64,000 bases of DNA from Clostridia bacterium (GTDB lineage: Bacteria > Bacillota > Clostridia > TANB77 > CAG-508): the NCBI GenBank assembly GCA_017937285.1, contig JAGBDU010000029.1, positions 4,258 through 68,257 of the forward strand, given 5' to 3'. Of this stretch, positions 45,215-56,030 are shown piece after piece. The notes beneath the pieces were generated by a model, which was given only the letters and a program-made list of their open reading frames with translations, made no database searches and had not been told where the DNA came from. The translations under genes were made by a program, and so were the position numbers. Within the stretch, counting starts at the first letter, position 1. Each line of letters starts with the position of its first letter.

Positions 45215-46132
45215 TTAAAGTTCGGCATTATTGTTTCCTCCTATGGATTTAGAGAGTGTCCCTTTTTCCACAAACTGGGAAAAGAGAACCGTCCCCATTT
45301 CCCCTTCAAATACAGTTGTCGCAGGTCCTGTCATATATACGTGATTGTCTTTTTTGCTCCATTCTATTTGCAAACTTCCACCTAATAGTTCTACAGTTGC
45401 TCGCTTTTCTGTATATCCATTTAAATTACATGCAACTAGTGATGCACATGCTCCTGTTCCACAGGCTAGAGTTTCTCCTGCTCCTCTTTCCCATACTCTC
45501 ATTTTTATTTTGTTTTTATCTACTAATTCTATAAATTCTATGTTTGCTTTTTTTGGAAAATGCTTATCACATTCTAAGATTGGACCATATTTATTTATAT
45601 CAAACTCCTCTACATTTTCTACTATTGTTATTGCATGTGGATTTCCCATTGATACAGATGTAAATTTAAATTCTTTGTCTAATGCTTTTAAATTTAAATT
45701 TTTTACTATTTTTTCATCTGATACTACAGGAATTTTTTCTGGAGCCAATATTGGTTCTCCCATATCTACTTTTACTGTTTCTACTTTTCCATCTTTGATA
45801 TTAAAGTTTAAAACTTTAATTCCTGCTAAAGTTTCTACTGTGATAGGATTTTTATTTGTTAAACCTTTATCATATACAAATTTTCCTACACATCTTATTC
45901 CATTTCCACACATTTCTGCTTCACTACCATCGTAGTTAAACATTCTCATTTTAAAATCTGCAATATCGCTATCGCATATTAGAATTAGTCCATCTGAACC
46001 AACTCCGAAGTGTCTGTCACTGACAAATTTAGCTAGGTCAGATTCGTGCTCTATTTTTTGCCCAGTTTTAGCTGTACAATCAATATAAACATAATCATTT
46101 CCTAGCCCATGCATTTTTGTAAATTTAATCAT
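45215..46132 (-). CDS. dapF: Diaminopimelate epimerase with atypical C-terminal extension
   Basis: [37 protein letters not shown]. Confidence 0.98.
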   Translation of the reverse strand: MIKFTKMHGLGNDYVYIDCTAKTGQKIEHESDLAKFVSDRHFGVGSDGLILICDSDIADFKMRMFNYDGSEAEMCGNGIRCVGKFVYDKGLTNKNPITVETLAGIKVLNFNIKDGKVETVKVDMGEPILAPEKIPVVSDEKIVKNLNLKALDKEFKFTSVSMGNPHAITIVENVEEFDINKYGPILECDKHFPKKANIEFIELVDKNKIKMRVWERGAGETLACGTGACASLVACNLNGYTEKRATVELLGGSLQIEWSKKDNHVYMTGPATTVFEGEMGTVLFSQFVEKGTLSKSIGGNNNAEL

Positions 46133-46514
46133 AATTTTTTCCACCTTTCAAAGGTATTAATGTTAGATAGAATATAGTTATATTTTTATCTATGGATATT
46201 ATATCATTAAAAGTAAATTTTTCAATATATTTTGGGAACGATTCCTAAATTAAATTTTTTCATAAAATACAATAACTCGCCTCCAACAATATTATTAAAT
46301 TAAGATATATTAGATAAAATATGTGCTTACCATAATTATATGGTCATCTCTATTCAAAAATTTGACATTTTATGTTAAGTATGGTATATTAAAATTACAG
46401 TTTTATCTGTAGTTTATTTGTCTGAATTAATATGTACTTCATATTATAATTTATGACAATAACAAAGTAAGGATTTTTCTTACAACTACTCGAAAGAAAA
46501 AGGAGCGAAAAAGA

Positions 46515-46853
46515 ATGAAAATGGAAAATTTGAAAAACATTTACAAAAAGTTGCGGACAGAGGTATCTCAAAAGTATCCAGATGCCAAAAATGTGAAACT
46601 GCATATTTTGCATTTTGGATATGCTCCTCTTACGCAAACTTCGGTGTATGTAACCTTTTTATCTCGTAATCCAGATACAGGAAAATTTCAGCTATCAGAA
46701 TCAAACTGGCATACGCTGGAAAAATTTTCCTCTCCTTATGATGGCCGAGAAAAACTGGAGCAATTATCATCAAAAATAAGATTTCCGATTAAATATCATA
46801 AATCGGGGTCATATTTTTGTGACGAGATAATTGTTACTTCATCACGCTCATAG
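46515..46853 (+). CDS. Hypothetical protein (ORFan cassette)
   Basis: AGGAG RBS, upstream TTGACA-17-TATATT, downstream terminator; atypical codon usage. Confidence 0.6.
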   Translation: MKMENLKNIYKKLRTEVSQKYPDAKNVKLHILHFGYAPLTQTSVYVTFLSRNPDTGKFQLSESNWHTLEKFSSPYDGREKLEQLSSKIRFPIKYHKSGSYFCDEIIVTSSRS

Positions 46854-46920
46854 AAGAAAGAATAACGGGTTAAATTATATTTCATAATAATTTTACAGCT
46901 CGTTAATTGTTCTCACTTCA

Positions 46921-46960
46921 ATAAAAAGTCCTTCCTACGTATTGTAGAAGGACTTTTTAT
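46921..46960. terminator. Bidirectional intrinsic terminator (guaA / ORFan)
   Basis: ATAAAAAGTCCTTC...GAAGGACTTTTTAT. Confidence 0.85.
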
Positions 46961-46982
46961 TGTTATTAAATTTAATTGTTTC

Positions 46983-48521
46983 TTATTCCCATTCAATAGT
47001 AGCTGGGGGTTTTCCTGTTATATCATAAACAACACGATTTACATGTTTTACTTCATTTACTATTCTGCTTGAAACCTTTTCCAATATTTCATATGGAATT
47101 TTTGTCCATTCTGCTGTCATAAAATCTGATGTTGTTACAGCTCTTAGTGCTATTGTGTAATCGTATGTTCTTTCATCTCCCATTACACCTACGCTTTTTA
47201 TATTTGTTAATACTGCAAAATATTGATTTATAGCTCTATCTAATTTTGCATTTGCAATTTCTTCTCTGAATATATAATCTGCATTTTTTAATATATTTAA
47301 CTTATTCTCAGTAATATCACCAATTACACGAATTGCAAGTCCTGGTCCTGGGAATGGTTGACGATATACTAAAAATTCTGGAAGACCTAGCTCTAAACCT
47401 ACTTTTCTTACTTCATCTTTAAATAAATCTCTTAGTGGCTCTATTATTTCTTTAAAGTCTACATAGTCTGGAAGTCCTCCTACATTGTGATGGCTTTTTA
47501 TTTTTGCTCCAGCTCCAACTCCACTTTCTATTACATCTGGATATATTGTTCCTTGTACTAGATAATCTACTGTTCCTATTTTTTTAGCTTCTTCTTCAAA
47601 TACACGAATAAATTCTTCTCCTATTATTTTTCTTTTTTGCTCTGGATCTGATACTCCTGCAAGTTTTCCTAGGAATCTATCTTTTGCATCAACTCTAACG
47701 AAGTTTACATCAAAATTTTTAGTAAACACTTCTTCTACTTCTTCCGCTTCGTTTTTTCTAAGTAATCCATGATCAACAAAAATACAAGTTAAATTTTTTC
47801 CAATTGCTTTATTTATTAAAGCTGCTGCAACAGATGAATCTACTCCACCAGATAATGCACATAGTGCTTTTTTATTTCCTATTTTTTCTTTTATAGCCTT
47901 TACAGTTTCTTCTGCAAAAGAGCTCATCTTCCATGTTCCAGAACATCCACAAATATTATATATGAAATTTTTTATTATTTCTGTTCCTTTATTTGTATGA
48001 TTTACTTCTGGATGGAATTGAATTCCATAAAAGTTCTTTTTAGTATTTTGCATCGCTGCATTTGGACAATGTGATGTTGACCCTATATTTTCGAATCCTT
48101 CTGGAAGAGCTTCTACAAAATCTGTATGACTCATTAAGCAGTCATTGTTATTATCAAAACCATTAAATAATTTTGATGTATTATTTATTTTTACATTTGT
48201 TACACCATATTCTCTTTTATCTGCTTTTTGAACTTTTCCTCCAAGCATATGTGTCATTAATTGCATTCCATAGCAAATCCCCAAAACAGGAACTCCTAAA
48301 TTGAATATTTCTTCGCTACATTTAGGGCTATTGTCTGCATATACACTTGCAGGACCTCCTGTGAATATTATTCCCTTTGGATTTTTTTCTTTTATTTTTT
48401 CTATGGATGTACTAAATGGCACTATTTCTGAATATACATTACATTCACGTACACGTCTTGCTATTAATTGATTGTATTGACCATAGAAATCTATTATTAA
48501 AATTAATTCTTTATTGTTCAT
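46983..48521 (-). CDS. guaA: GMP synthase (glutamine-hydrolysing)
   Basis: [39 protein letters not shown]. Confidence 0.99.
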   Translation of the reverse strand: MNNKELILIIDFYGQYNQLIARRVRECNVYSEIVPFSTSIEKIKEKNPKGIIFTGGPASVYADNSPKCSEEIFNLGVPVLGICYGMQLMTHMLGGKVQKADKREYGVTNVKINNTSKLFNGFDNNNDCLMSHTDFVEALPEGFENIGSTSHCPNAAMQNTKKNFYGIQFHPEVNHTNKGTEIIKNFIYNICGCSGTWKMSSFAEETVKAIKEKIGNKKALCALSGGVDSSVAAALINKAIGKNLTCIFVDHGLLRKNEAEEVEEVFTKNFDVNFVRVDAKDRFLGKLAGVSDPEQKRKIIGEEFIRVFEEEAKKIGTVDYLVQGTIYPDVIESGVGAGAKIKSHHNVGGLPDYVDFKEIIEPLRDLFKDEVRKVGLELGLPEFLVYRQPFPGPGLAIRVIGDITENKLNILKNADYIFREEIANAKLDRAINQYFAVLTNIKSVGVMGDERTYDYTIALRAVTTSDFMTAEWTKIPYEILEKVSSRIVNEVKHVNRVVYDITGKPPATIEWE

Positions 48522-48539
48522 TTTTTATCCTTTCGATTA

Positions 48540-48860
48540 TTACTTCATTATTGAATAAGTAATAATTTTATTTTTATTTACTAAAATTGTATCAAACTCT
48601 TCTGTTCCTATTGGATTTTCATGTTCTGCAGTAAATGAAGTTGGATGTTGAATGCCAGATATTGAAAATAAATTCATACGAATCATTTTCACATTACTAA
48701 GCTCAATTAATTCTTCATCCCAATCTATTATTTCTCCGATTGCAACTATTATTGATGTTATACTACTTTCTTTAGGTAAATGACCATCGCTTATTCCTGT
48801 TCCAGAATCAGAGCTAATTAATAATTTTACTTTTTTATTTTTATATTTTTCTAATAACAT
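48540..48860 (-). CDS. Hypothetical protein, possibly an Sm/LSm-like beta fold
   Basis: AAGGAG RBS; LEKYKNKKVKL...GEIIDWDEELIEL...ILVNKNKI pattern. Confidence 0.55.
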   Translation of the reverse strand: MLLEKYKNKKVKLLISSDSGTGISDGHLPKESSITSIIVAIGEIIDWDEELIELSNVKMIRMNLFSISGIQHPTSFTAEHENPIGTEEFDTILVNKNKIITYSIMK

Positions 48861-48905
48861 TTTATCTTCTTCTCCTTTTTTACTATAATTTCAATATACT
48901 ATATA

Positions 48906-50414
48906 TTAATCTTGAGTTGTTACTTCTTTTAACATAACATCATGTGCACTACCTTCTTTTATACTAATATTTGAAACCATTGTTAATCTTGCTTTTTCAT
49001 GGAATTCTGGTATTGAAATAGCACCACAGTTACACATTGTTGATTTTATTTTAGCAACTGTTACAGCTAAATTATCTTTAAGTGGTCCTGCATATGGAAT
49101 ATATGAATCGACTCCTTCTTCAAAACTTAATTTATTTTTTCCTACTTCTCCTAGGTCATATCTTTGCCAGTTTCTTGCACGGTTTGAGCCTTCTCCCCAA
49201 TACTCTTTAACAAAGTTTCCTCCAATTTTTACTTTTCTTGTTGGGCTCTCGTCAAAACGAGCAAAGTATCTGCCCATCATTACAAAATCTGCTCCCATTG
49301 CTAATGCTAATGTAATGTGATAGTCATGCACTATTCCACCATCTGAACAAATTGGAATATATATACCGGTTCTTTCGAAATATTCGTTTCTTGCTTCTAC
49401 AACATCAATTAGGCTACTGGCTTGTCCACGTCCAATTCCTTTGGTCTCACGAGTTATACAAATTGAGCCTCCTCCAACTCCAACTTTTATGAAGTCTGCT
49501 CCTGCTTCTGCTAAATAGTAAAACCCTTCTTTGTCTACTACATTTCCAGCTCCAATTTTTACATCATCTCCATAGTGAGCTCTTACCCAGTCTATAGTAT
49601 TTTTTTGCCATACTGAATATCCATCTGATGAATCCATGCAAAGTAAATCAACTCCGGCTTCTACTAATGCTGGTATTCTTTGTTCATAATCTCTTGTGTT
49701 TATTCCTGCTCCTACTATGTATCTCTTGTTTTCATCTAATAATGAATCTGGATTATTTTTTCTTTCTTCATAATCTTTTCTGAATACTAAATGTTCTAAA
49801 TTATCGTTATCATCTAATATTGGCAAACAGCTAATTTTGTGTTCCCATATTATATCATTTGCTTCTGCTAAGCTTATTCCTTTTTTTGCACAAACTATTT
49901 TTGATCTTGGGGTCATAAAATTATCAATTGAATCATCTAAATTTGCTCTAGAAATTCTATAATCTTTATCTGTGACTAGACCTAAAAATTTTCCATTACT
50001 TGTTCCGTCTTCTGTAATAGTTACTGTTGAATGGCCTGTTCTTTCTACTAGTGCAATTACATCTTTTAATGGTGTTCCACTTTTTACATTTGAATCACTA
50101 TCTATGAATCCTGCTTTGTGTTTTTTTACTTTTCTAACCATTTCTGCTTCATCTTCTATTGATTGTGATCCATAAATAAAAGAACATCCACCTTCGCGCG
50201 CCAAAGCAATAGCCATCTTTTCTCCTGAAACGGCTTGCATTATAGCAGACACAAATGGGATGTTCTCTGAATATTTTGGCTCTTCACCTTTTTTAAATTT
50301 TACAAGTGGTGTTTTTAAACTTACATTGCTTGGTATACATCTTTCATCTGTTAGATTTGGTAATAATAAAAATTCGTTAAATGTTCTTGATACGTCTTGT
50401 AGTATTTTTGCCAT
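48906..50414 (-). CDS. guaB: IMP dehydrogenase with CBS domains
   Basis: [38 protein letters not shown]. Confidence 0.97.
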   Translation of the reverse strand: MAKILQDVSRTFNEFLLLPNLTDERCIPSNVSLKTPLVKFKKGEEPKYSENIPFVSAIMQAVSGEKMAIALAREGGCSFIYGSQSIEDEAEMVRKVKKHKAGFIDSDSNVKSGTPLKDVIALVERTGHSTVTITEDGTSNGKFLGLVTDKDYRISRANLDDSIDNFMTPRSKIVCAKKGISLAEANDIIWEHKISCLPILDDNDNLEHLVFRKDYEERKNNPDSLLDENKRYIVGAGINTRDYEQRIPALVEAGVDLLCMDSSDGYSVWQKNTIDWVRAHYGDDVKIGAGNVVDKEGFYYLAEAGADFIKVGVGGGSICITRETKGIGRGQASSLIDVVEARNEYFERTGIYIPICSDGGIVHDYHITLALAMGADFVMMGRYFARFDESPTRKVKIGGNFVKEYWGEGSNRARNWQRYDLGEVGKNKLSFEEGVDSYIPYAGPLKDNLAVTVAKIKSTMCNCGAISIPEFHEKARLTMVSNISIKEGSAHDVMLKEVTTQD

Positions 50415-50541
50415 TTTGTATTCCTCCTTTATTTAGTTTGATTTTTGTATTATATCAAATTTCACATAATTTAACAATAATTTTTAATAAAAATTGTTGA
50501 TATTTTAGTTGACCATTGGTTACTATTCACAGCCATTTTTT

Positions 50542-50575
50542 TAGAGTAGTGGAAAAGTAATTATATTATACAAAA
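50542..50575. repeat. Reversed right end of the dispersed element
   Basis: TAGAGTAGTGGAAAAGTAATTATATTATACAAAA. Confidence 0.7.
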
Positions 50576-50658
50576 ATCATAAAATATAAAAAACAAAAAA
50601 TAGAATCCCAAATATTATTAAAAAATCTAGCTTTAGGATTCTATTATATTTATTTTGT

Positions 50659-53136
50659 TTAGGCAATTGTTATATCTGAATTATCTAAACATATTTTATT
50701 AATTATGTCTTCGTTTTTCATATTAAATTTTGTTACATATCCTTCTAATGATTTAGCTTTTTCTTTTAATGCCTCTACGTCATCATTTATATAAATTTTT
50801 GCTTTAGCTTTTCCATTTTTTGCTTCTTGAACTAAATTTGATACTGGTGAATTTCCGTCAAAAGCAAGTACTATTGAAGGTCTACGCTCAAATATTTCAT
50901 AATTAAAACTTTTATATATACCAAGTTCTTCCGATTCTGTTGAAATGCAAACCCCATTTAGCTCTTTTTTTAATAACATGTTTGCAAGCTCTTTTGATAC
51001 TTTTTTAGGTATAATTGCATCTATTTCAAATTTTTTATTTATTTCTTTGCTTATATCAATAATTGCTTTTTCGTATCCTTGCATTTTATGGCCTATTACA
51101 AAATATGCTTTTTCGTTATCTAATTTTTTTATAAGCTCTTTTAATATTTTTTTACCTTCTTCACTTAAAATTGTTTCTCTTCCTTGAGCATTAAAACTTC
51201 CCCCTGCAATTATTACTGGTATTTTATCATCTGGTAGTTTTACTATTTTCTCTTTTAAAATTTCTGCAGAATCTACATTTATATTTTGACCAATTTCAAA
51301 TTTTCTATTTTTATTTTTTTCTATTTCATTTAGCTCTTCTTCTATAATGGCATCTTTTATATTTCTTCCATTTAACCAAACTTTAAACTTTTCATTTTTT
51401 ATTTTAAAATATTCTTCATTTTTTGTAATTAAGTCATCTTCTACTTTTTTCATTTTATTTAAATCTTCTTCTGTTAAATTTAATAAGTTAGTAAGAGCCA
51501 TTTGCTCTTCCATACAATCTGTTCCATATATTCCGCAACCATCTGAACCTTGTACACAATTAACATTATTTGCTAAATATTTTTTTATTGGATGTGATTC
51601 TAAATTAGTTAAATTATTTAAACGTACATTTGATGTTAATTGGAACTCTAAAATTATTCCATCTTTTTTCATTTCTTCTACTATTTTTTTACCATCTTCT
51701 GTTTCTAAATCTATTCCATACAAGCCATGACCTATTCGGCATCTTGGCATCTTTTTTCCTTTGGGAACAGATTCTTTTATACATCTTATTGACTTAACTA
51801 CATTATCTCTTAAACTATCATTTTCTCCTGCATGTATACGAATTGTAAAGCCATTATCTTGTTCTACTGCAAATTCCACTAGCTCTTTTATTACTTGCTT
51901 AAAATTGCAGATATCATTTATTTCTTCTCCAATAATATCGCTGCCTACAATGTATGGGCTGTTAGCTGCTACTTTTAAAACATCAACACCTTCTTTTAAT
52001 TGCTCTTTAGTCATTAATGTTCTACTTAATGAGCCCAAAAACCTTAATTTCACACCTGTTTCTGCTTCTATTTTTGGTAATATTTCATGTAGCTCTTCTA
52101 AAATTTTTGCTCCTTCTTCACCTTTTCTAACAATCCATGTCACAGAAATTTCCGCATAACAAATTCCTTGTTTTTTATACTCTCTAGCTACCCAAAGTAA
52201 CTTGTCTTGAAGTAAAGTATTATTTTTATATTTCTCACTATTTGAATCTTCTAACATTTTATATATTATGTTTTTTATTGTTCTGCTTGGAATCTTATCA
52301 ATTTTACTTTTTCTTATTGTTATTTTATTTTCGCTTTCTTTTCCCTTTGAAAAAACATATCTATAAATATATAGTTTTTCTAAATTAGTAAAAACTGCCT
52401 GCCCATCTTTAATTAATACAAGACTGTTTCTTATTTTTGCTATATTTTCTTCCATATCATTTGGATTATTTAGTATTAGGTCTGCAAAATTTATATATGT
52501 TTCATCATCTATTTTTCTAGTTAATTTTTTTCCTGGTAAATCACAATAAGCATATTTTTTTTCAATTTGGCACCTTTGTTTAAATAATTCGTTTGCTTGT
52601 TTATCTGAAAGTTTTAAATTTAATTTTTTTATGTAATATAGTGGATATTTTATTTGATGTTTAATTCCTAATGCAATTAAATCATCTGAATTTAAGTTAG
52701 CATGTATATGCGTATGTAAATCTGTTCTAAATTTATTTTTTTTCAAAATATAAGTTTTGATTAGAGTTTTTTTCACATCTATTTTATAATCTTTTGTTTG
52801 TGACATTAATGTTTTATTTATTGCTGGAATTTGTGCTTTAATTTCAATTTTTCCATTTAAATAAATGTTTGCAATCTTTATTCCTCCTAATCTAAAAATA
52901 TATACTTCTTCATTATCAGAATTTATACTAGCAGGTATTGTTCCAGTTATTATTTTCATATCATTTTCATTTTTTATAGTATTTACTCCACATATTCTTG
53001 CAAGATTTGTGATTAGATTTCCTGTTTTATGGTTTGGAGTTTCTATGATATATTTTAATTCATCTTGATTTTCATTATATAAATTTACAATAATATCTTT
53101 TTCTTTATCTAAATAAAACTTATCAAAAAATTTCAT
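50659..53136 (-). CDS. Large adenosine/AMP deaminase-family protein with extra N- and C-terminal domains
   Basis: TDLHTHIH, IRIHAGE, RIGHG, TSNVRL, GSDG metal-site motifs. Confidence 0.82.
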   Translation of the reverse strand: MKFFDKFYLDKEKDIIVNLYNENQDELKYIIETPNHKTGNLITNLARICGVNTIKNENDMKIITGTIPASINSDNEEVYIFRLGGIKIANIYLNGKIEIKAQIPAINKTLMSQTKDYKIDVKKTLIKTYILKKNKFRTDLHTHIHANLNSDDLIALGIKHQIKYPLYYIKKLNLKLSDKQANELFKQRCQIEKKYAYCDLPGKKLTRKIDDETYINFADLILNNPNDMEENIAKIRNSLVLIKDGQAVFTNLEKLYIYRYVFSKGKESENKITIRKSKIDKIPSRTIKNIIYKMLEDSNSEKYKNNTLLQDKLLWVAREYKKQGICYAEISVTWIVRKGEEGAKILEELHEILPKIEAETGVKLRFLGSLSRTLMTKEQLKEGVDVLKVAANSPYIVGSDIIGEEINDICNFKQVIKELVEFAVEQDNGFTIRIHAGENDSLRDNVVKSIRCIKESVPKGKKMPRCRIGHGLYGIDLETEDGKKIVEEMKKDGIILEFQLTSNVRLNNLTNLESHPIKKYLANNVNCVQGSDGCGIYGTDCMEEQMALTNLLNLTEEDLNKMKKVEDDLITKNEEYFKIKNEKFKVWLNGRNIKDAIIEEELNEIEKNKNRKFEIGQNINVDSAEILKEKIVKLPDDKIPVIIAGGSFNAQGRETILSEEGKKILKELIKKLDNEKAYFVIGHKMQGYEKAIIDISKEINKKFEIDAIIPKKVSKELANMLLKKELNGVCISTESEELGIYKSFNYEIFERRPSIVLAFDGNSPVSNLVQEAKNGKAKAKIYINDDVEALKEKAKSLEGYVTKFNMKNEDIINKICLDNSDITIA

Positions 53137-53225
53137 ATTACTAACTCCTTCTCTAAATTATGTAAATTCTATTTTATCATATTTGTTATCTTTATACAAT
53201 ATATATTTTTAACATTTCTAAAATT

Positions 53226-53519
53226 TCATATTTTATAATTATTTTTTAATTCTTTAAACTCATTTGTAGATATTAAATTTAAATAAGTTCTTTTTATATC
53301 TTTTTCATCTACTAATTTGCTTAATATTTTTAATGAACTTTCCATTGGTATTTTGAAAAAAATTGCCTCATCCTCTTCTAAGATTAATTCAATCTTCTTT
53401 TGAATAAGTAACTCTTTTTCTAAATCTACATATGCATTTTTATTTTGATTATTCTGTTTAAGCTCTAGCTCTGCAATCTTTTGTTTATTTACATCTTTAA
53501 TCTCTTTTATTCTCATCAT
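53226..53519 (-). CDS. Hypothetical protein
   Basis: 97-aa ORF whose start overlaps the upstream stop (ATGA), preceded by AAGGGA. Confidence 0.65.
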   Translation of the reverse strand: MMRIKEIKDVNKQKIAELELKQNNQNKNAYVDLEKELLIQKKIELILEEDEAIFFKIPMESSLKILSKLVDEKDIKRTYLNLISTNEFKELKNNYKI

Positions 53520-55160
53520 AATATATCCCTTTCATCATATAAATAATTTCTGTTTTCATCTCTTTTAGATTGTGCTTCAGTGCTTTTAATTTCTTCATAG
53601 TCAATTCCTCTAATTTCTCTTTGCCCAGGAATTATATTATAAATTCCATTTTCAATTCTTTTTGTAATTTCACTTTGAGCTATCGGTACTAGTCCTTTTT
53701 CATCTACATATGTTAAATATTTATAATTTGGATTTTTTCTATCTCCAATATTTATTGAAAATATTGGTACAATTTCTCTATTAAATTTTTCATCTTGTGT
53801 ATATAAACTATAATATAAGCTTGTTTTTTTTCTTCCTTCTTCACTCATAATTATATATCTTAAATTGGAAAGATAATCCATTCTTTCAATTCCGATTAAG
53901 TTTCGAATCTTTAAGAATGTTATTTATAATACTAAGTTCTTGTAATATACTTTTATTATCAGAATTACTATTAATATCAAATAATTCTGATTTATAATTT
54001 CTATTATCGCCTATTAACTCAATCAGTTCAGAAACATTGTTTAATTCATTATATTTTATAGTAAATTGTTTTTGTGATTGTACATCTATTTGACTTACAA
54101 TATTAGTTTTTAAATCTCTAACCTTCAATCCCGCAGGTTTTATACCTAATTTTGCTCTTGTTAAATCGCTCATTCTAGTTTTATCTATTTTAGATTGTGT
54201 TAAATTAGTTGCATCTGCAGTTATCATTTTACAACCATTTATTATCGTTACATATTTATGTTCGCCATTTTGATTTATATAAGCATCTATTCCGTTCTTT
54301 TTTAAGAAATATGTATATAATTCAGCCCATGATTTACATGTTACTTTTTTATCTTCAGAACATTCCTTTAATGATTTATTATATAACTTGTTTGTAAAAT
54401 CATTTGAAAAGTCTTGATTCATAGAGAAAAAATTTTGGTCATATCCAAGTATTTTATTTAAATTACAATATATTTGTTCAATTACAATTTCTTTATCTGA
54501 ATCTATGGGAATTTCTTGCATTATTGATTTTTCAAATTCTTCATTTATTTGCTCATATAAAGATAAATCTATTGTATAACTTTTTGATTTTATATTGTAT
54601 ATTTCTTCTATGATATTTAATCTTTTATTACTTTCTTCATTTAACTTAATTAATGATTTTTGAAAAAATTGTGCTAGATTTGTTTTAATATATTGTTCTA
54701 TTTGTAGCTTTGAAAATCCGCAAAAAGTTCCTTCATTATCATTCATGTTAACAAACAAGTCAAAGGCATTCTCATCTCTTATAATATCTAAAGCTATATC
54801 TTGTAAATTATAACCTTCTACAGATTTATTTATATATTTACTATTTTTAAATTTATGCCCAGTCATTTTTTTTATTCTCTTTAGATTCTCTTTCGAAAAT
54901 TGTTTACCTCTTTGTTCCATAAAATTAGCATATTCGTACACAGCCTTTATATAGTCAGGTTTTGTAACACTTGACAAAAATATTTCTTGAACATTATCAC
55001 ACTTAATGAACTTTTGATAAACTTCATCGTCATTTATAATAGCTTCAATTGTGTCAATTGTTATTATTGGTGCAGTTCTATTAAATTCTTCATTTTTTTC
55101 GTTTAATTGCAAATATTGATTTTTTTTAAATAGACTTTTTAATTTATCTAATATTACCAT
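53516..55160 (-). CDS. Transglutaminase-like (Cys-His-Asp) protein, split by a +1 frameshift at CGG-A (53894); ~547 aa if joined
   Basis: VTCKSWAELY...GI, HKYV, ADAT triad spacing; AAT (C)GGA ATT GAA AGA ATG joins the 424-aa and 121-aa ORFs. Confidence 0.62.
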
Positions 55161-55388
55161 TTATTCCTCTTTATTCATTATTTAAAATTTTTGTAAACAA
55201 AAAAATCAACCAGATTATTTCTTGTATATTTCAATAAAAGATTATCATCTATAAAGCAAGTCAATTTTTGACACACTTTTTTACACATTAAATACATGAA
55301 AAGTATTAAAAATTTTATATATTTTAATATCAACTTTATAAAATAAGAACCGCTATATCCCTTGATATAACGATTCTTGTTTGTTGTT

Positions 55389-55464
55389 TGGTGGCTTCAC
55401 CTGGAATCGAACCAGGGACACAGGGATTTTCAGTCCCTTGCTCTACCAACTGAGCTATAAAGCC
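55389..55464 (-). tRNA. tRNA-Phe(GAA)
   Basis: GGCTTTATAGCTCAGTTGGTAGAGC...CT-GAA-AA...GGTTCGATTCC...GCCACCA, 76 nt. Confidence 0.97.
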
Positions 55465-55511
55465 TTATATAAATAATAGGAAAGATATAAACTTTCCTAT
55501 TATTATTTGTA

Positions 55512-55588
55512 TGGCGACCCGGAACGGGCTCGAACCGTCGACCTCTAGCGTGACAGGCTAGCGTTCTAACCAACTGAACTACCGGGCC
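55512..55588 (-). tRNA. tRNA-Asp(GTC)
   Basis: GGCCCGGTAGTTCAGTTGGTTAGAAC...CT-GTC-AC...GGTTCGAG...GCCA, 77 nt. Confidence 0.97.
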
Positions 55589-55634
55589 ATAAACTAAAAA
55601 ATATTTAGTTTATGCTAAATATTTTTTTAGAAAA

Positions 55635-55710
55635 TGGTGGGCGCAATAGGGCTCGAACCTATGACCTCCTGCTTGTAAGGCAGATGCTCTCCCAGCTGAG
55701 CTATGCGCCC
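55635..55710 (-). tRNA. tRNA-Val(TAC)
   Basis: GGGCGCATAGCTCAGCTGGGAGAGC...CT-TAC-AA...GGTTCGAG...CCCACCA, 76 nt. Confidence 0.97.
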
Positions 55711-55729
55711 ATTTCCTTTCGACTTGTTT

Positions 55730-55758
55730 AGTATACTAGACTTTCCAAAAATTGTCAA
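55730..55758 (-). promoter_or_regulatory. SigA promoter of the tRNA operon
   Basis: TTGACA-17 nt-TATACT, about 20 nt upstream of tRNA-Val. Confidence 0.85.
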
Positions 55759-55914
55759 CACTTTTTTTGATTTTTTATTTAAAAATTTGCATTAAATTCT
55801 TTCTATTGCTTTTATTTACTGGGATACATTGAAATTATTTTTTTGTTTTTTTATTTAAAATTTCGTAATAGTAACATTTTTGCATATATATTAATTTGCA
55901 TTCTATTTCTTTGT

Positions 55915-56010
55915 ATTTATTTTATACTTTTTACTTCTGCATTTTTTTATTTTTTTCTTTTGATTTATTTTATACTTTTTACGTCTGTATTTTTTAATTT
56001 TCTTCTTTTG
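55915..56010. repeat. Tandem duplication, 2 x 48 bp
   Basis: ATTTATTTTATACTTTTTAC(T/G)TCTG(C/T)ATTTTTT... starting at 55915 and 55963. Confidence 0.8.
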
Positions 56011-56030
56011 ATTATCTTCTATTAATATAT

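Noticed and set aside
50415-50658. Purine riboswitch upstream of guaB
   Set aside because: No recognisable purine aptamer core; the region holds a repeat end and a terminator-like hairpin.
50659-55160. RADAR-type defence system
   Set aside because: The deaminase is large, but no RdrA-like AAA+ ATPase is adjacent and the context is purine metabolism.
55161-55388. Integrated element at the tRNA-Phe 3' end
   Set aside because: No integrase and no duplicated tRNA 3' end seen in the window.
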